Source: an uncultured Clostridia bacterium
GTDB taxonomy: Bacteria > Bacillota > Clostridia > Christensenellales > UBA1242
Assembly (NCBI GenBank): GCA_944383385.1
Contig: CALWPI010000001.1
Location: 1-64,000 of the forward strand
Direction of reading: 5' to 3'
Length of the DNA stretch: 64,000 nucleotides
Made by a program: the position numbers and the translations under genes. The notes under the pieces are model-generated. The model ran no database searches. It was not told the origin of the DNA and saw nothing but the letters and a program-made list of their open reading frames with translations. Positions within the stretch are counted from its first letter, which is position 1; every line of letters starts with the position of its first letter. Shown here in pieces: positions 8,252 through 18,193 of the stretch.

Positions 8252-11200
8252 TGATAATATTATGAAAATTGAAGGTCAAATGAAGTTTACGAAATCATAT
8301 GGCGACAATGTTCTCCTCACAGCTAGTGCAGGAAGTGGCAAAACGCACACTATGATAAATAAGTTGTTAGATATAATAAAAAACGAAGATAAAGACATAA
8401 GATGTGATATATCAAACATAATGGTTGTGACATTTACAAAAAATGCTGCAAACGAAATGAAACAGAGACTTCAAAGCAAAATTGCGAATGACAACAGTAT
8501 TAGTGATGAAACTAAGGACAATGTTGCCAGCAGTGATATTGGCACAATTCATAGCATAGGACATAAACTAATATCAAAATATTTTTTTGAAAGTGGTGTG
8601 GACCAAAATGCAGCCATAATTGAAACTGGCGAAGCAAAATATCTAATGAGTACGGCAATTGACAAAGTGCTCAAAACATATAACAAAATGAAAGATAAAA
8701 AATATAATTATCTTTATCAATATTTTGAAAAAAATAGAAACAACGAAAATTTAATTGATGCAATAGAAAAAGTTATCGAATTTTTGTCAACCAAAGTTGA
8801 CCCACAAAAATTCATTGATGATATGTTGTCATCTTTTCAAAAAAATTATGATGAAAATGTAGCAACAAGTTTTATACTAAAAAACATCAAAGAACAAATT
8901 TTAGTCTATGCAAAAATATTGCAAAATTTATATAATGAGTGTCGTGCAGTTGACTTTGAAAAAGGTATGGAAGACGTCAACAAACTTTTGTTTATTTGTG
9001 AAGATATTATCAAGTGTCAAACAATGCCACAAATGATAAAAGTATTCGAAAACAATTATGTTCCAAGCCGAAGCACAACAGAGAATGATTACATAGAAAT
9101 CAATCAAGATATCAACAATACACAAAACAGTTTTCAACGCACTCTTAAAAAATTGAATGAATATCTCATTCCACAAAATATGTTTGATGACATGTTACCA
9201 AAATATATAGATATTGTCACTAAACTATTAGAAATTGTCAATTGTGCCTATACAACATACCAAGAACTTAAAAAGAATAGAAATGCGATTGACTTTAATG
9301 ATATTGAGAGAATGACGGTAAAATTGCTTCAAAATGAGAATATAAAAAAAGAAATTCAGGCAAATTACAAATATGTTTTTGTTGATGAATATCAAGACTT
9401 TACTGACATGCAAGAATATATTGTGACAAATATCTCAAACGGCCACAATTTGTATATGATTGGAGATGTCAAACAAAGTATATATAGTTTTAGAAATTGT
9501 ACTCCAAATATTTATCTTGCCAAGATGAATAGATATAAAGATGGCGAGGGTGGAAAACTGTTTAGTATTCAACACAATTTTAGAAGTCACAATGGGATAC
9601 TCGAATTTGTCAATAGCATTTTTGATAAGGTAATGACATTAGAAAATACTGGAATAAAATATATAGTTGACAATGATTTACAAGGGGCATTATCCACTCA
9701 AGAGTCCAACTCGTGTGATATTACTTTTGATATTGTTGACAAACAATCTAATGACGAAAGTAATGAGAGTACAAACCAACTTGCAACACAAAAAGAATGT
9801 GAGTTGATTTGTAAAAAGATATTGTCAAATGTAGGGAAGGAATATGTTGATATAAAAACGGGACAAAAAAGATTGATTGCGTATAGCGACATTGCAGTGC
9901 TTATACGAAGTCGAACTAAAATTGATACACTGTTTGCTACACTCAAAAAGTACAATATTCCTGTCAGTTTAGATTATAACAACAATATTTTTGTCGATTA
10001 TTTTGTCAATATGATATATGATACTCTAAAATGTGTAGCAAATGATTATGATGATATATCTATTGCATCTTTTCTCGTTTCTCCAATTGTCAAAATGTCA
10101 AATGATGAGTTGGCACAGATAAGTTTGTTTGATAATAGCAAATACTTTTATCAAAAACTCAAAAATTATAACGTCAATGATGACATAAAATACAAAATTG
10201 ATAAGGCATACAAATTACTTGCCGAATTTCGAGATTATGTGGCAAAAAATAGTGTGAGTCAACTAATAGAGTATATTGTTGACTCGTTTGATATTGAGAA
10301 TTTGTGTAAAACATTGCCAAACGGTGCGATTAGTTTTGACAACGTGCAACAACTTATCAAGTTTATAAAAACTGGTAACGACAAAAATATTTTCAAGACA
10401 TTGTCATATCTTGATATTTTGAAAGACGGAGAAAAAATTTCAACGACTATTACTACTGCACCAGATGCTGTGCAAGTCATAACAATGCATGGCAGCAAAG
10501 GACTTGAATGGCCTGTTGTCATAGTGCCATTTTTGACGACAAAAAAGAAAGAAGATGATGAGTCAAAAGTACTGTTGACAGATGAGTTTGGAATAGGACT
10601 AAAATATCGTAATTTTGAAGAAAAAACAATAATCAATTCGCTAGCATATGGAGCAAGTAAAATGCAGAAAAATATTACTGAATATGCTGAGAGTATTAGA
10701 CTATTGTATGTCGCGTTGACTCGTGCTAAAAATTTCTTGTATCTTATTGGCAGTTACAAAGTAGAAAATATTTGGAAGGATGTGACAAAACCTACATATC
10801 AATACAAAGATTATTTAACTATGATTTTGTCAACTATGGATAGCAAAGTTTTGAAAAATCTATCAAGTAGAATTGGCTGTACAATCAAATATCAACATGC
10901 GACATTGAATATCAATATTGATGATTGTGATAATGCAGAAAACGAAAGTAAAGCGCCTACTTTTGAAGAAAAATATGACGAAAAAGTTGTAGACAAAATA
11001 ATAAAAGTACAAAATTTTGCTTATCCATATAGCGATGAACAAAATATTACTATCAAAAATTCCGTTACAAGCATCTTAAAAGAAAATGAAGATTATGAAA
11101 ATGTACTTTATGTACCAAAGACTTTTGATATCAAAAATGGACAACAAGATAGGGTAGACGCAAGCACCTTTGGTACTGCATATCACAAAGTTATGCAACT

Positions 11201-11639
11201 CGCATTAAATAATCCTGACGAAAGCATAGAAAACATATTAGAAAAGGCCAAAAAAGATAAAAATATCAAAGAAGTCGTTGGACAATTAGATATAAATAAT
11301 ATCGAAAAAACCAAACGGGATATTATGGCAATAGTTGGTAATAATCAAGTAATAAGTGAAGCGCAATTTATGATGAAAGCACGCCACTGTGATATTGCGC
11401 CTAATAGCACAAGCGATGCAAAAATTTTGGTGCAAGGTGTAGTTGACTTGATTGTTTTGAGTCCACAAGGAGCAATCATTGTTGACTACAAAACCAATAA
11501 AAAATCAATTGAACAATTAAAAAAAATGTATAAGTTGCAATTAGATTTATATGCAAAGGCCGTCCAAGACGGATTAAAAGTGCCAGTTGTCAAAAAATAT
11601 CTTTACTCGACATACAATAGTAAACTTGTAGAATTGTAA
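8235..11639 (+). CDS. addA: ATP-dependent helicase/nuclease subunit A (AddA, UvrD/PcrA-like helicase + RecB nuclease)
   Basis: Walker A is ASAGSGKTHT and the DExx box is VFVDEYQDF. The C-terminal nuclease motif is VVDLIVLS...IVDYKTNK. The gene overlaps the addB stop. Confidence 0.85.
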   Translation: MMKTNNDNIMKIEGQMKFTKSYGDNVLLTASAGSGKTHTMINKLLDIIKNEDKDIRCDISNIMVVTFTKNAANEMKQRLQSKIANDNSISDETKDNVASSDIGTIHSIGHKLISKYFFESGVDQNAAIIETGEAKYLMSTAIDKVLKTYNKMKDKKYNYLYQYFEKNRNNENLIDAIEKVIEFLSTKVDPQKFIDDMLSSFQKNYDENVATSFILKNIKEQILVYAKILQNLYNECRAVDFEKGMEDVNKLLFICEDIIKCQTMPQMIKVFENNYVPSRSTTENDYIEINQDINNTQNSFQRTLKKLNEYLIPQNMFDDMLPKYIDIVTKLLEIVNCAYTTYQELKKNRNAIDFNDIERMTVKLLQNENIKKEIQANYKYVFVDEYQDFTDMQEYIVTNISNGHNLYMIGDVKQSIYSFRNCTPNIYLAKMNRYKDGEGGKLFSIQHNFRSHNGILEFVNSIFDKVMTLENTGIKYIVDNDLQGALSTQESNSCDITFDIVDKQSNDESNESTNQLATQKECELICKKILSNVGKEYVDIKTGQKRLIAYSDIAVLIRSRTKIDTLFATLKKYNIPVSLDYNNNIFVDYFVNMIYDTLKCVANDYDDISIASFLVSPIVKMSNDELAQISLFDNSKYFYQKLKNYNVNDDIKYKIDKAYKLLAEFRDYVAKNSVSQLIEYIVDSFDIENLCKTLPNGAISFDNVQQLIKFIKTGNDKNIFKTLSYLDILKDGEKISTTITTAPDAVQVITMHGSKGLEWPVVIVPFLTTKKKEDDESKVLLTDEFGIGLKYRNFEEKTIINSLAYGASKMQKNITEYAESIRLLYVALTRAKNFLYLIGSYKVENIWKDVTKPTYQYKDYLTMILSTMDSKVLKNLSSRIGCTIKYQHATLNINIDDCDNAENESKAPTFEEKYDEKVVDKIIKVQNFAYPYSDEQNITIKNSVTSILKENEDYENVLYVPKTFDIKNGQQDRVDASTFGTAYHKVMQLALNNPDESIENILEKAKKDKNIKEVVGQLDINNIEKTKRDIMAIVGNNQVISEAQFMMKARHCDIAPNSTSDAKILVQGVVDLIVLSPQGAIIVDYKTNKKSIEQLKKMYKLQLDLYAKAVQDGLKVPVVKKYLYSTYNSKLVEL

Positions 11640-11736
11640 AAAATTGTGCCAATTTGTTAGTAATATAAATGCTTTTGTGTTATACTACAATTAATCTTAT
11701 AGGTAGAATAAAAGGTAAATAAAAGGGGAGAGAATA

Positions 11737-13902
11737 ATGAATGTTATTGAAGCCTTAATCACGTTTTTTAAGCAAATGGGCGAAAAATCTTGGGAGTATC
11801 AATTGTATGCTGCTGCTGGCATTTTGGTGCTCTTGTTACTTATCAGTCTCATTAGGTCTAACAGTTCTTACGAAGTGAGATTGTTAAGGTCTGTTAATAG
11901 ATTAAATAGGTTCTTTGCGAAGAATCCTAATGTTACAGCAGATAACTTGGTCGAACTAAACAATATGATGAAAAGTGTTCCTAGTACGCTTCGTTATTGT
12001 TGGCAAGAATATTTGCTAAATCGTGACAAATTGCCAAGCGAATATATGAGTGCAAGAGAATGTGTTGACCAACCTAGCAAAACTAGTAGTTATATGAACG
12101 CAACTAGTCATCTAAAATTATTCACAGTGGTTTCTAGTTTGCTATTATCACTTTTGAGTTTTGGTGCAGTTGCAGCAAAGGGGACAAGCACATTTGAGAT
12201 TATGATTTCTGGCATTACTGTTCCTGCACTGCTTCTTGTATTTGGGTTGTTGTTTGTTGCCTTCATGGAGTCTAGACATACTGCCTTGATTGCTGATTTG
12301 TACTATTCTTATCATGAGTTTGAAAGAAATATAAACAAAGCATGTGGCACTTTGCCAGAATATATTGATTATGAAATTCTCTTTACTAAGAAAGAAATCA
12401 AGCAAGGCATACCAGTCCTTCAAGAATATTTGGAAAAAATGGCTCTTCTCGAACAAAAGAAAAAGGAAGAAGAGGCATATACTTCATACGAATATGAACA
12501 ATATGATTTTGAAAAATTGGGAGTTGACAATTCCTTACTTCTTGACCGTGCAATGCTTGAAAGCGAAAAATATATTAATGTCAAAAGAAATCTAACTGAC
12601 CGTATAAAAGCAAAAGAAGAAGAAAAAGCAAATTATCAAAAACAATTTGATGAAGTCACAAGAGAGTATGAGAAAAAGACTCAAACAAGTAAGGAAACAC
12701 TCAATCAGTTGTCAGAGCAAATGAGTAATACAACTGTCAAAATTGAGGCAAATTTCTTACGAAACAAATATGATACAGAACATCAAAAATTGCAACAATT
12801 GACTCGTGACTACGAAATGGCTCAATCACGTTTCCAACAAGAACAAGACCAATTCCAAGCAGAGATTGATAGATACAATCAAGATATTGCAAAGAGAAAG
12901 GCAGCCGTTGAAGAGGCAATGATTGCAGAGTGCAAAAATTATGTCAACAAAGTTTACGGCAAGGTGACAGAAACCGTCGTTAGAGAGACAGAACCAGTCA
13001 TGAAAGAACTTGAAGACAAAAAGATTGCACTAGAAGAAACTGTTGCAAAACTAGAAACAGATGTCGCAGATAAGACTGCACAACAAGCACAAGCGCAAGA
13101 AAAACTTGAAACTCTTGAAAAAGAATATCAAACAAAAGTCGCAGAAATTGAAGGACTCAAACAAGTACGTGAATATTTCACATCATCTGAATTTATTAGT
13201 GCTGTCAAAGCAGGTAGAAAAGAAAAGGGTGAAGTTGTTGTCGATAGTAGTGCGAATAGTATGTCTGTTGAAGATAATGAAAAACTAATTGCTGCCATGA
13301 AACAACACGAAGAACTTGTACTAGAAAACGAAAAATTGAAGACAATGAATAATGAACTCAGCGAAGCAAATGAAAAATTGTCAAATAGAAGTAGAGAGTT
13401 GTCTACCGAAATCAATAGTATGTATAAGACACAAAGTGAGTTGCAAGAAGAAAACAACAAGCTACAAAAAGAATATGCAAGCCTGTCGGAATCAATTTCT
13501 GACACAATTTCTGCATTAGCAGAAGGACAAGAAAAATTGGTTGCTATTACCGAGGCGCAAGTCGAAGCAGAAAATAAGGCTAAAACAACTGCTAAAAAGA
13601 GCACTGCAACCAAGAGTACAAAAACTAATAAGACGCCAAACACAGAAGTAAAAGAAGAACTAAAAGATAATGCTATGAATGCGTACAACGAAGTTGATTC
13701 ATTGAAAAAGTCATTGTCAAAACTCAAAAACACTGTTGATAAAGTAAAAGCGAATACATCAAGTCCTTTGACAGTTACAAGAAAAGCACGTGTCAAAGTG
13801 CAAACAAAAGCAAGCGCGCGTGAAAATCAAAATGAAGAAATTGACAAGAAACTAAAAAACATCGTGGCAAACAAAAACGGCGTTGATACAGAAAATAAAT
13901 AA
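11737..13902 (+). CDS. Polytopic membrane-anchored coiled-coil protein (721 aa), function unknown
   Basis: GGGGAG RBS. TM segments lie at about residues 20-40 and 125-185, followed by about 450 aa of heptad-rich E/K/Q sequence and a K/T/A-rich segment (AKTTAKKSTATKSTKTNKT). Confidence 0.55.
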   Translation: MNVIEALITFFKQMGEKSWEYQLYAAAGILVLLLLISLIRSNSSYEVRLLRSVNRLNRFFAKNPNVTADNLVELNNMMKSVPSTLRYCWQEYLLNRDKLPSEYMSARECVDQPSKTSSYMNATSHLKLFTVVSSLLLSLLSFGAVAAKGTSTFEIMISGITVPALLLVFGLLFVAFMESRHTALIADLYYSYHEFERNINKACGTLPEYIDYEILFTKKEIKQGIPVLQEYLEKMALLEQKKKEEEAYTSYEYEQYDFEKLGVDNSLLLDRAMLESEKYINVKRNLTDRIKAKEEEKANYQKQFDEVTREYEKKTQTSKETLNQLSEQMSNTTVKIEANFLRNKYDTEHQKLQQLTRDYEMAQSRFQQEQDQFQAEIDRYNQDIAKRKAAVEEAMIAECKNYVNKVYGKVTETVVRETEPVMKELEDKKIALEETVAKLETDVADKTAQQAQAQEKLETLEKEYQTKVAEIEGLKQVREYFTSSEFISAVKAGRKEKGEVVVDSSANSMSVEDNEKLIAAMKQHEELVLENEKLKTMNNELSEANEKLSNRSRELSTEINSMYKTQSELQEENNKLQKEYASLSESISDTISALAEGQEKLVAITEAQVEAENKAKTTAKKSTATKSTKTNKTPNTEVKEELKDNAMNAYNEVDSLKKSLSKLKNTVDKVKANTSSPLTVTRKARVKVQTKASARENQNEEIDKKLKNIVANKNGVDTENK

Positions 13903-13911
13903 ATTTTGTAA

Positions 13912-13944
13912 AGAAAAAAACTACACGTTTGTGTAGTTTTTTTG
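13912..13944. terminator. Bidirectional Rho-independent terminator
   Basis: aactacac gttt gtgtagtt hairpin flanked by an A-run and a T-run, between convergent genes. Confidence 0.65.
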
Positions 13945-13960
13945 TGTATAACGATTAATT

Positions 13961-15151
13961 TTATTTGGTGGTTTCTTTTCTTTTTTCTAATATCTCTTCA
14001 TACAATTTAGCAACATTTTTACCATAATTTTCAATGCTATATTTATCAACAGAATTTTCTGCATTTTTCTTTAATGTAGTCATAAGTTGTTTATCTGTTA
14101 GCATTTTTGTTAGTTTTTGGTCAAAGTCTTCTGCATTTTCATAAAAATATCCGTTATAACCGTCAATTATTGTTTGGTCCAAATTATAGTCATACCTTGC
14201 AAGGACAGGCACTGAACTAGCAAGTGCTTCTATAAATGTTAGTCCTTGTGTCTCAGATTGAGATGCATTTACAAATACATCAGCAATTTGATAGTATTTG
14301 TTGACCATATCCCATGGCCTTGAACCTGCAAAGATGACTTTGTCTTTGATATTCAATTTTTGTGTTAAATTTTCAAGTTCTTTTTGTGCTGGACCTTCAC
14401 CAACTAATACAAATACAATGTTTGAATTGTCACGCATTTTAGCAAAATTTTCAAGCAATAAATCTATTGATTTCTCTTTACAAAGTCTACCTAAAAACAA
14501 TATTATTTTTTTATCTTTGACTCCTAGTTCTTCTTTTAATTTGTCAATATCTTTTTTGTCAAAATTTGTTCTTTTGAAACGTGACAAATCAAGCCCCGTT
14601 GGAATTATTGTAAGGGAACGAGTGACATTATGATGGTCAAACATACTTTGCACCTTTTTGTGTGGGATAATTACTGCGTCAGCATTGTCACTGAATTTAT
14701 GTAAATTATGGCGCACAAATGCATTATAAGGCGTTCTAAATAGCCATTGTGCGTGTTTGAATACGTGATGCATAAATTCATCATACATAGAGTGCATGGT
14801 GTACACATATGGAATATGTAGTTTTTTTGCCATTTTTAGTCCTAAATTCCCAACAGCAAATTCTGTATGAATATGTATTATATCAAGGTTCAAACTCTTT
14901 ATTATTTTTTGATAACTGCCGTCAAACACAAACCATTTGTAATCAGTTAGTGATGGTATAGGGTAGGTGTGTCCAGCTAGTCTAATAACATTATGTTCAG
15001 GCAAAGGATGTTTGTCATATTTTTCGCTCTCCATAGTAATAACAAACACTTCGTGTCCTAATTTTTCTAATCCATCTTTTAGCATAGCAACGCTAGTAGC
15101 AACACCATTTACATGAGGCAAATATGGGTCGCTAAATAATCCAATTCTCAT
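13961..15151 (-). CDS. GT4-family glycosyltransferase, likely diacylglycerol glycosyltransferase (glycolipid synthase; CpoA/alMGS-like)
   Basis: The N-terminus MRIGLFSDPYLPHVNGVATSV is typical of GT4 glycolipid synthases. It carries the GT4 E-x7-E-like C-terminal region. Confidence 0.7.
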   Translation of the reverse strand: MRIGLFSDPYLPHVNGVATSVAMLKDGLEKLGHEVFVITMESEKYDKHPLPEHNVIRLAGHTYPIPSLTDYKWFVFDGSYQKIIKSLNLDIIHIHTEFAVGNLGLKMAKKLHIPYVYTMHSMYDEFMHHVFKHAQWLFRTPYNAFVRHNLHKFSDNADAVIIPHKKVQSMFDHHNVTRSLTIIPTGLDLSRFKRTNFDKKDIDKLKEELGVKDKKIILFLGRLCKEKSIDLLLENFAKMRDNSNIVFVLVGEGPAQKELENLTQKLNIKDKVIFAGSRPWDMVNKYYQIADVFVNASQSETQGLTFIEALASSVPVLARYDYNLDQTIIDGYNGYFYENAEDFDQKLTKMLTDKQLMTTLKKNAENSVDKYSIENYGKNVAKLYEEILEKRKETTK

Positions 15152-15229
15152 AAAAACTCCTTAGTACCCAATTAGTTTAGCATACTAATATTTTTATTCA
15201 AACTAAAAGTTATTATCTTTGCAAATTAA

Positions 15230-15961
15230 TTATGATTTGACGCTATATTCGGTCAGTTCTTTTAATTTGCCGTACATACGTGCAGTTTTGATGATATTTT
15301 GTGTTATTCGTTGATTTTGTCTGGCAATTATTTCGCCGTTTTGAGTTGTTATATTTTTTGTAATCAATCTATCTAGCAATATATTGCTGTTTATTATTGC
15401 TTTGTTTGGAGTTTTTGTAATAGGCAATGGGTTTACGGGTTGGATTGCAATTTTTTGTGGTATTTGGACAACAATATCACTTTGTGGGGTTTCAATCTTT
15501 TTAGGTGGACTAAATTTTGCTAATGTTTCCTTGCCGTTTTTTAAGAGCAACAAATGTGCGTTGAAACACACAATATTTGATTTATCAAAAGTAGAGTTTT
15601 TGCTGACATAATACTCTACATTAAATTTGTCATCTAACAATATGTCATTCAACACACCAAAATGACTGCCCGTGGTATCAAATATCTCGTCACAAATAGG
15701 ATTGTAATATCCAAGTAGTTCAAGCTCCATTTCGTCTTTTAGTCTAATGCATGTGTCGTTTTTGATACATAATGCGTTTGATATATTGTATACATATTTT
15801 AGATTGATTACTTTTTCTACAAAGTCTTCTTCGTTTTGCAGTATTAAGTATTTTGCTCTTTGTCTTTTGCTATCAAACAAAATATTCGTAATTGTTCCTT
15901 CGAATTTCAAATTGTATAATGATATTACTTTTTTGCCAATTAGTTCGGATAATTGTATCAT
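15230..15961 (-). CDS. Hypothetical protein with PRC-barrel-like N-terminal domain
   Basis: LSELIGKKVISLYNLKFEGTITNILFDSKRQRAKYLIL resembles a PRC barrel (YlmC/YmxH-like). The gene is probably co-transcribed with the downstream glycosyltransferase. Confidence 0.4.
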   Translation of the reverse strand: MIQLSELIGKKVISLYNLKFEGTITNILFDSKRQRAKYLILQNEEDFVEKVINLKYVYNISNALCIKNDTCIRLKDEMELELLGYYNPICDEIFDTTGSHFGVLNDILLDDKFNVEYYVSKNSTFDKSNIVCFNAHLLLLKNGKETLAKFSPPKKIETPQSDIVVQIPQKIAIQPVNPLPITKTPNKAIINSNILLDRLITKNITTQNGEIIARQNQRITQNIIKTARMYGKLKELTEYSVKS

Positions 15962-16134
15962 ATCTGCCTCCGTGTCTAGTCTATGTATATGAAAAAATAT
16001 TCTTCATTAGTCTAATATGACTAAAAATTTTTAATATTTTTTTGTATATAATTGACATTTTACAATAATTTTGTTTGTTTGATATTATTTGCTAATTATT
16101 TTTATGTTATGATATACTTAAATTAGGAGCAATT

Positions 16135-17214
16135 ATGGGATTTTTTGCAAAGATTAAGAATATGTTTTTGTCAACTATCACAGTTTCGCCTAAAATGACT
16201 GACGAATTTATTTTTGCTCACACTTATAAAAAAACGAAATATAAAGTCAACAAACACATCGAAGTGCCTGTTGATTGGTGTGCAGTCTTTGTATGTGGGG
16301 AGAGAGCGTGTGACATTTTGGAGACTGGCTCACATATTTTGAATTTTAATACCATTCCAAACACATTCAATAAAAACAAAATGGACAAAGTTGGTAAAAA
16401 TGGCAAAACAAAGAAAAAATTTTCGGCAGATATATACTTTGTCAATATGAAAAAATTTCGAAATATTGAATTTATTACTGGAAGAAAATTTGTTATCAAG
16501 ACTATGCAATTTGGCAAGGTAAAGGGTTATGTTGAAGGGTGCCTTACAATGCGCATGCTTGATATTGAGACATTTTTTAGACTGATTTTGATGGAAGTGC
16601 CATATATAAAAAACGGTTATGCACAAAGATTTGTTATGGGTCTTGTTGGGGAGACAATCAATACATTTATGACAGTCTCCAAAATGGATTTTGGTGATAT
16701 GCTTGTAAAACACAGAGAGTTTGTCCAAACTCTTAGTGAATATGTTGCCCCACGTCTTGAAGAATGTGGTATTGAGATATCTAATCTTGATATTACAAGC
16801 ATTGATTTGCCAAAAAAGACGCAATTATTAGTCAACGACTATATTACAAAATACAAAGAAAGTGATGTTGCTATGACAGAATTTGATTTGCTAATACCTG
16901 CTCAACATGATGTGGTACAACAATTAGATGAAAATATTGCTTCAAGTATTGAAAATTATAGCAGTGACGAGGTTATAAACCAACCGTCATTTGAAAAAGA
17001 AAATGAAGATACGGGAGCAGATGACATAGTATTAAGAAGACGTGGTGCTAGTGTCGATACAGTTCAAGTCGACAACAAATATAATGTGAGCAAAGTTGAT
17101 GTTGGTCAAGCATTTAGTAGCACAGAAAATCAAAAGAAACAGTGCAAATATTGTGACCAAATGATACCCGTTGAGAGTAAATTTTGTCCATATTGCGGAT
17201 TTAGACAGGAGTAA
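16135..17214 (+). CDS. SPFH/band-7-family (Band_7_1-like) protein with C-terminal zinc ribbon (YdjI-like)
   Basis: AGGAGC RBS. The C-terminus has CKYCDQ...CPYCG. The overall length and composition resemble the PF13421 family. Confidence 0.5.
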   Translation: MGFFAKIKNMFLSTITVSPKMTDEFIFAHTYKKTKYKVNKHIEVPVDWCAVFVCGERACDILETGSHILNFNTIPNTFNKNKMDKVGKNGKTKKKFSADIYFVNMKKFRNIEFITGRKFVIKTMQFGKVKGYVEGCLTMRMLDIETFFRLILMEVPYIKNGYAQRFVMGLVGETINTFMTVSKMDFGDMLVKHREFVQTLSEYVAPRLEECGIEISNLDITSIDLPKKTQLLVNDYITKYKESDVAMTEFDLLIPAQHDVVQQLDENIASSIENYSSDEVINQPSFEKENEDTGADDIVLRRRGASVDTVQVDNKYNVSKVDVGQAFSSTENQKKQCKYCDQMIPVESKFCPYCGFRQE

Positions 17215-17219
17215 TTATT

Positions 17220-17459
17220 ATGAAGAAAAAAGAAGTAAAACTTGCAAATAACAAAATATATAAAACTATTACTAAAAATATGACGCTTGGTGAAGTATTG
17301 AAATTGTCACCAAAAACACAAAATGTATTTATAGGATTTGGAATGCATTGTTTTTCTTGTCCATTGAGTCAAATGGAAACATTAGAAGAGGCAAGCTATG
17401 TGCACCAAATTGATTTAGATTTGTTATTGCAAAAATTAAATGAAGCAATAAAAAAATAA
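17220..17459 (+). CDS. DUF1858-domain protein (hybrid-cluster-protein-associated redox disulfide domain)
   Basis: MTLGEVLKLSPKTQNVFIGFGMHCFSCPLSQMETLEEASYVHQIDLDLLLQKLNE matches the DUF1858 pattern. Confidence 0.55.
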   Translation: MKKKEVKLANNKIYKTITKNMTLGEVLKLSPKTQNVFIGFGMHCFSCPLSQMETLEEASYVHQIDLDLLLQKLNEAIKK

Positions 17460-17480
17460 AAGGGGGAGGGCCCCTCTTTT
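17455..17480 (+). terminator. Rho-independent terminator
   Basis: GC-rich hairpin agggggagggcccctc followed by TTTT. Confidence 0.6.
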
Positions 17481-17484
17481 ATTT

Positions 17485-17521
17485 GTGTGTACGCGCGCTC
17501 GTGTGTACATGCGTGCGCGTA
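17485..17521. repeat. Alternating purine-pyrimidine GC-rich tracts (14 nt + 21 nt, Z-DNA-prone) with an embedded inverted repeat
   Basis: Tract 1 is gtgtgtacgcgcgc (17485-17498), followed by tc, then tract 2 gtgtgtacatgcgtgcgcgta (17501-17521). The arms tacgcgcgc and gcgcgta form an inverted repeat. This is very atypical for a 30% GC genome. Confidence 0.6.
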
Positions 17522-17552
17522 ACAATAATAATATTGCAAAGATTGCAAAATT

Positions 17553-17598
17553 TTGTCAAAAAAATATTTTGAAATTTGTCAAAAAAATTATTTTCAAA
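17553..17598. repeat. Tandem ~22-bp direct repeat upstream of the S10 promoter
   Basis: ttgtcaaaaaaatattttgaaa (17553-17574) is followed by ttgtcaaaaaaattattttcaaa (17576-17598). An attgcaaag/attgcaaaa tandem lies at 17533-17550. Confidence 0.6.
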
Positions 17599-17624
17599 TA
17601 AAATAAAAAACGCACAAAAATGTA

Positions 17625-17653
17625 TTGACAAAGACTTTTTTTTTAGATAAAAT
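17625..17653 (+). promoter_or_regulatory. Sigma-A promoter of the S10-spc-alpha superoperon (TTGACA-17-TAAAAT) with ~210-nt leader
   Basis: TTGACA at 17625-17630, a 17-nt spacer, and TAAAAT at 17648-17653, placed upstream of rpsJ (ATG at 17867). Confidence 0.5.
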
Positions 17654-17866
17654 ATAAGTGCTGTAATATGGGGTGATAGGCAAAGTTGCCTTAATTAAGC
17701 CAAAAATTGAGGGTAATTTGTCTTGACAAGAGTCCATACAAAGAGCGTGGACGACCTAAAACATTGCATATTTTTTTTGAATTACAGCGCGAACACACGG
17801 CTACGTGTACTTATATATAGTAATATGCAACATTGTTTTAGAGAAAAGTTTGTAAAAGGAGAAACT

Positions 17867-18175
17867 ATGGCAACACAAAAAATCAGAGTAAAGTTAACCG
17901 CTTACGATCACAACTTGATCGATTTAGCAAGCAAGAGAATTGTGGACACTGCTATCAAATTTGGAGCAAAGGTCAGTGGTCCAATACCTCTACCAACAGA
18001 CAAAGAGGTTGTAACAATTCTAAGAGCAGTTCACAAAGACAAAGACAGTCGTGAACAGTTCGAACAAAGAACACACAAGAGATTGATTGACATTTATAGC
18101 CCAAGTGCAAAAGCTGTGGACGCTCTAACAAAATTAGAGTTACCAGCAGGTGTCAGTATCAACATCAAATTGTAA
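17867..18175 (+). CDS. rpsJ: 30S ribosomal protein S10
   Basis: [29 protein letters not shown] is canonical S10, with AGGAGA 6 nt upstream. The track ORF start at 17723 is an in-frame upstream extension lacking an RBS. Confidence 0.95.
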   Translation: MATQKIRVKLTAYDHNLIDLASKRIVDTAIKFGAKVSGPIPLPTDKEVVTILRAVHKDKDSREQFEQRTHKRLIDIYSPSAKAVDALTKLELPAGVSINIKL

Positions 18176-18193
18176 TAGGGAAAGGAGAAAAAT

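Noticed and set aside
11641-11655. AAATTGtgcCAATTT palindrome right after addA stop
   Set aside because: It is short (6-bp arms) and AT-rich. It likely arose by chance or is a weak stem, and no supporting context was seen.
16105-16119. Shared 12-mer ATGATATACTTA upstream of both the SPFH gene and secG (52338-52349)
   Set aside because: Both are just extended -10 elements (TGaTATACT). The match reflects promoter consensus, not a mobile or regulatory repeat.
17723-17866. In-frame upstream extension of rpsJ in the ORF track
   Set aside because: It has no RBS. The canonical S10 N-terminus starts at 17867 with AGGAGA upstream. The region is the S10 leader.
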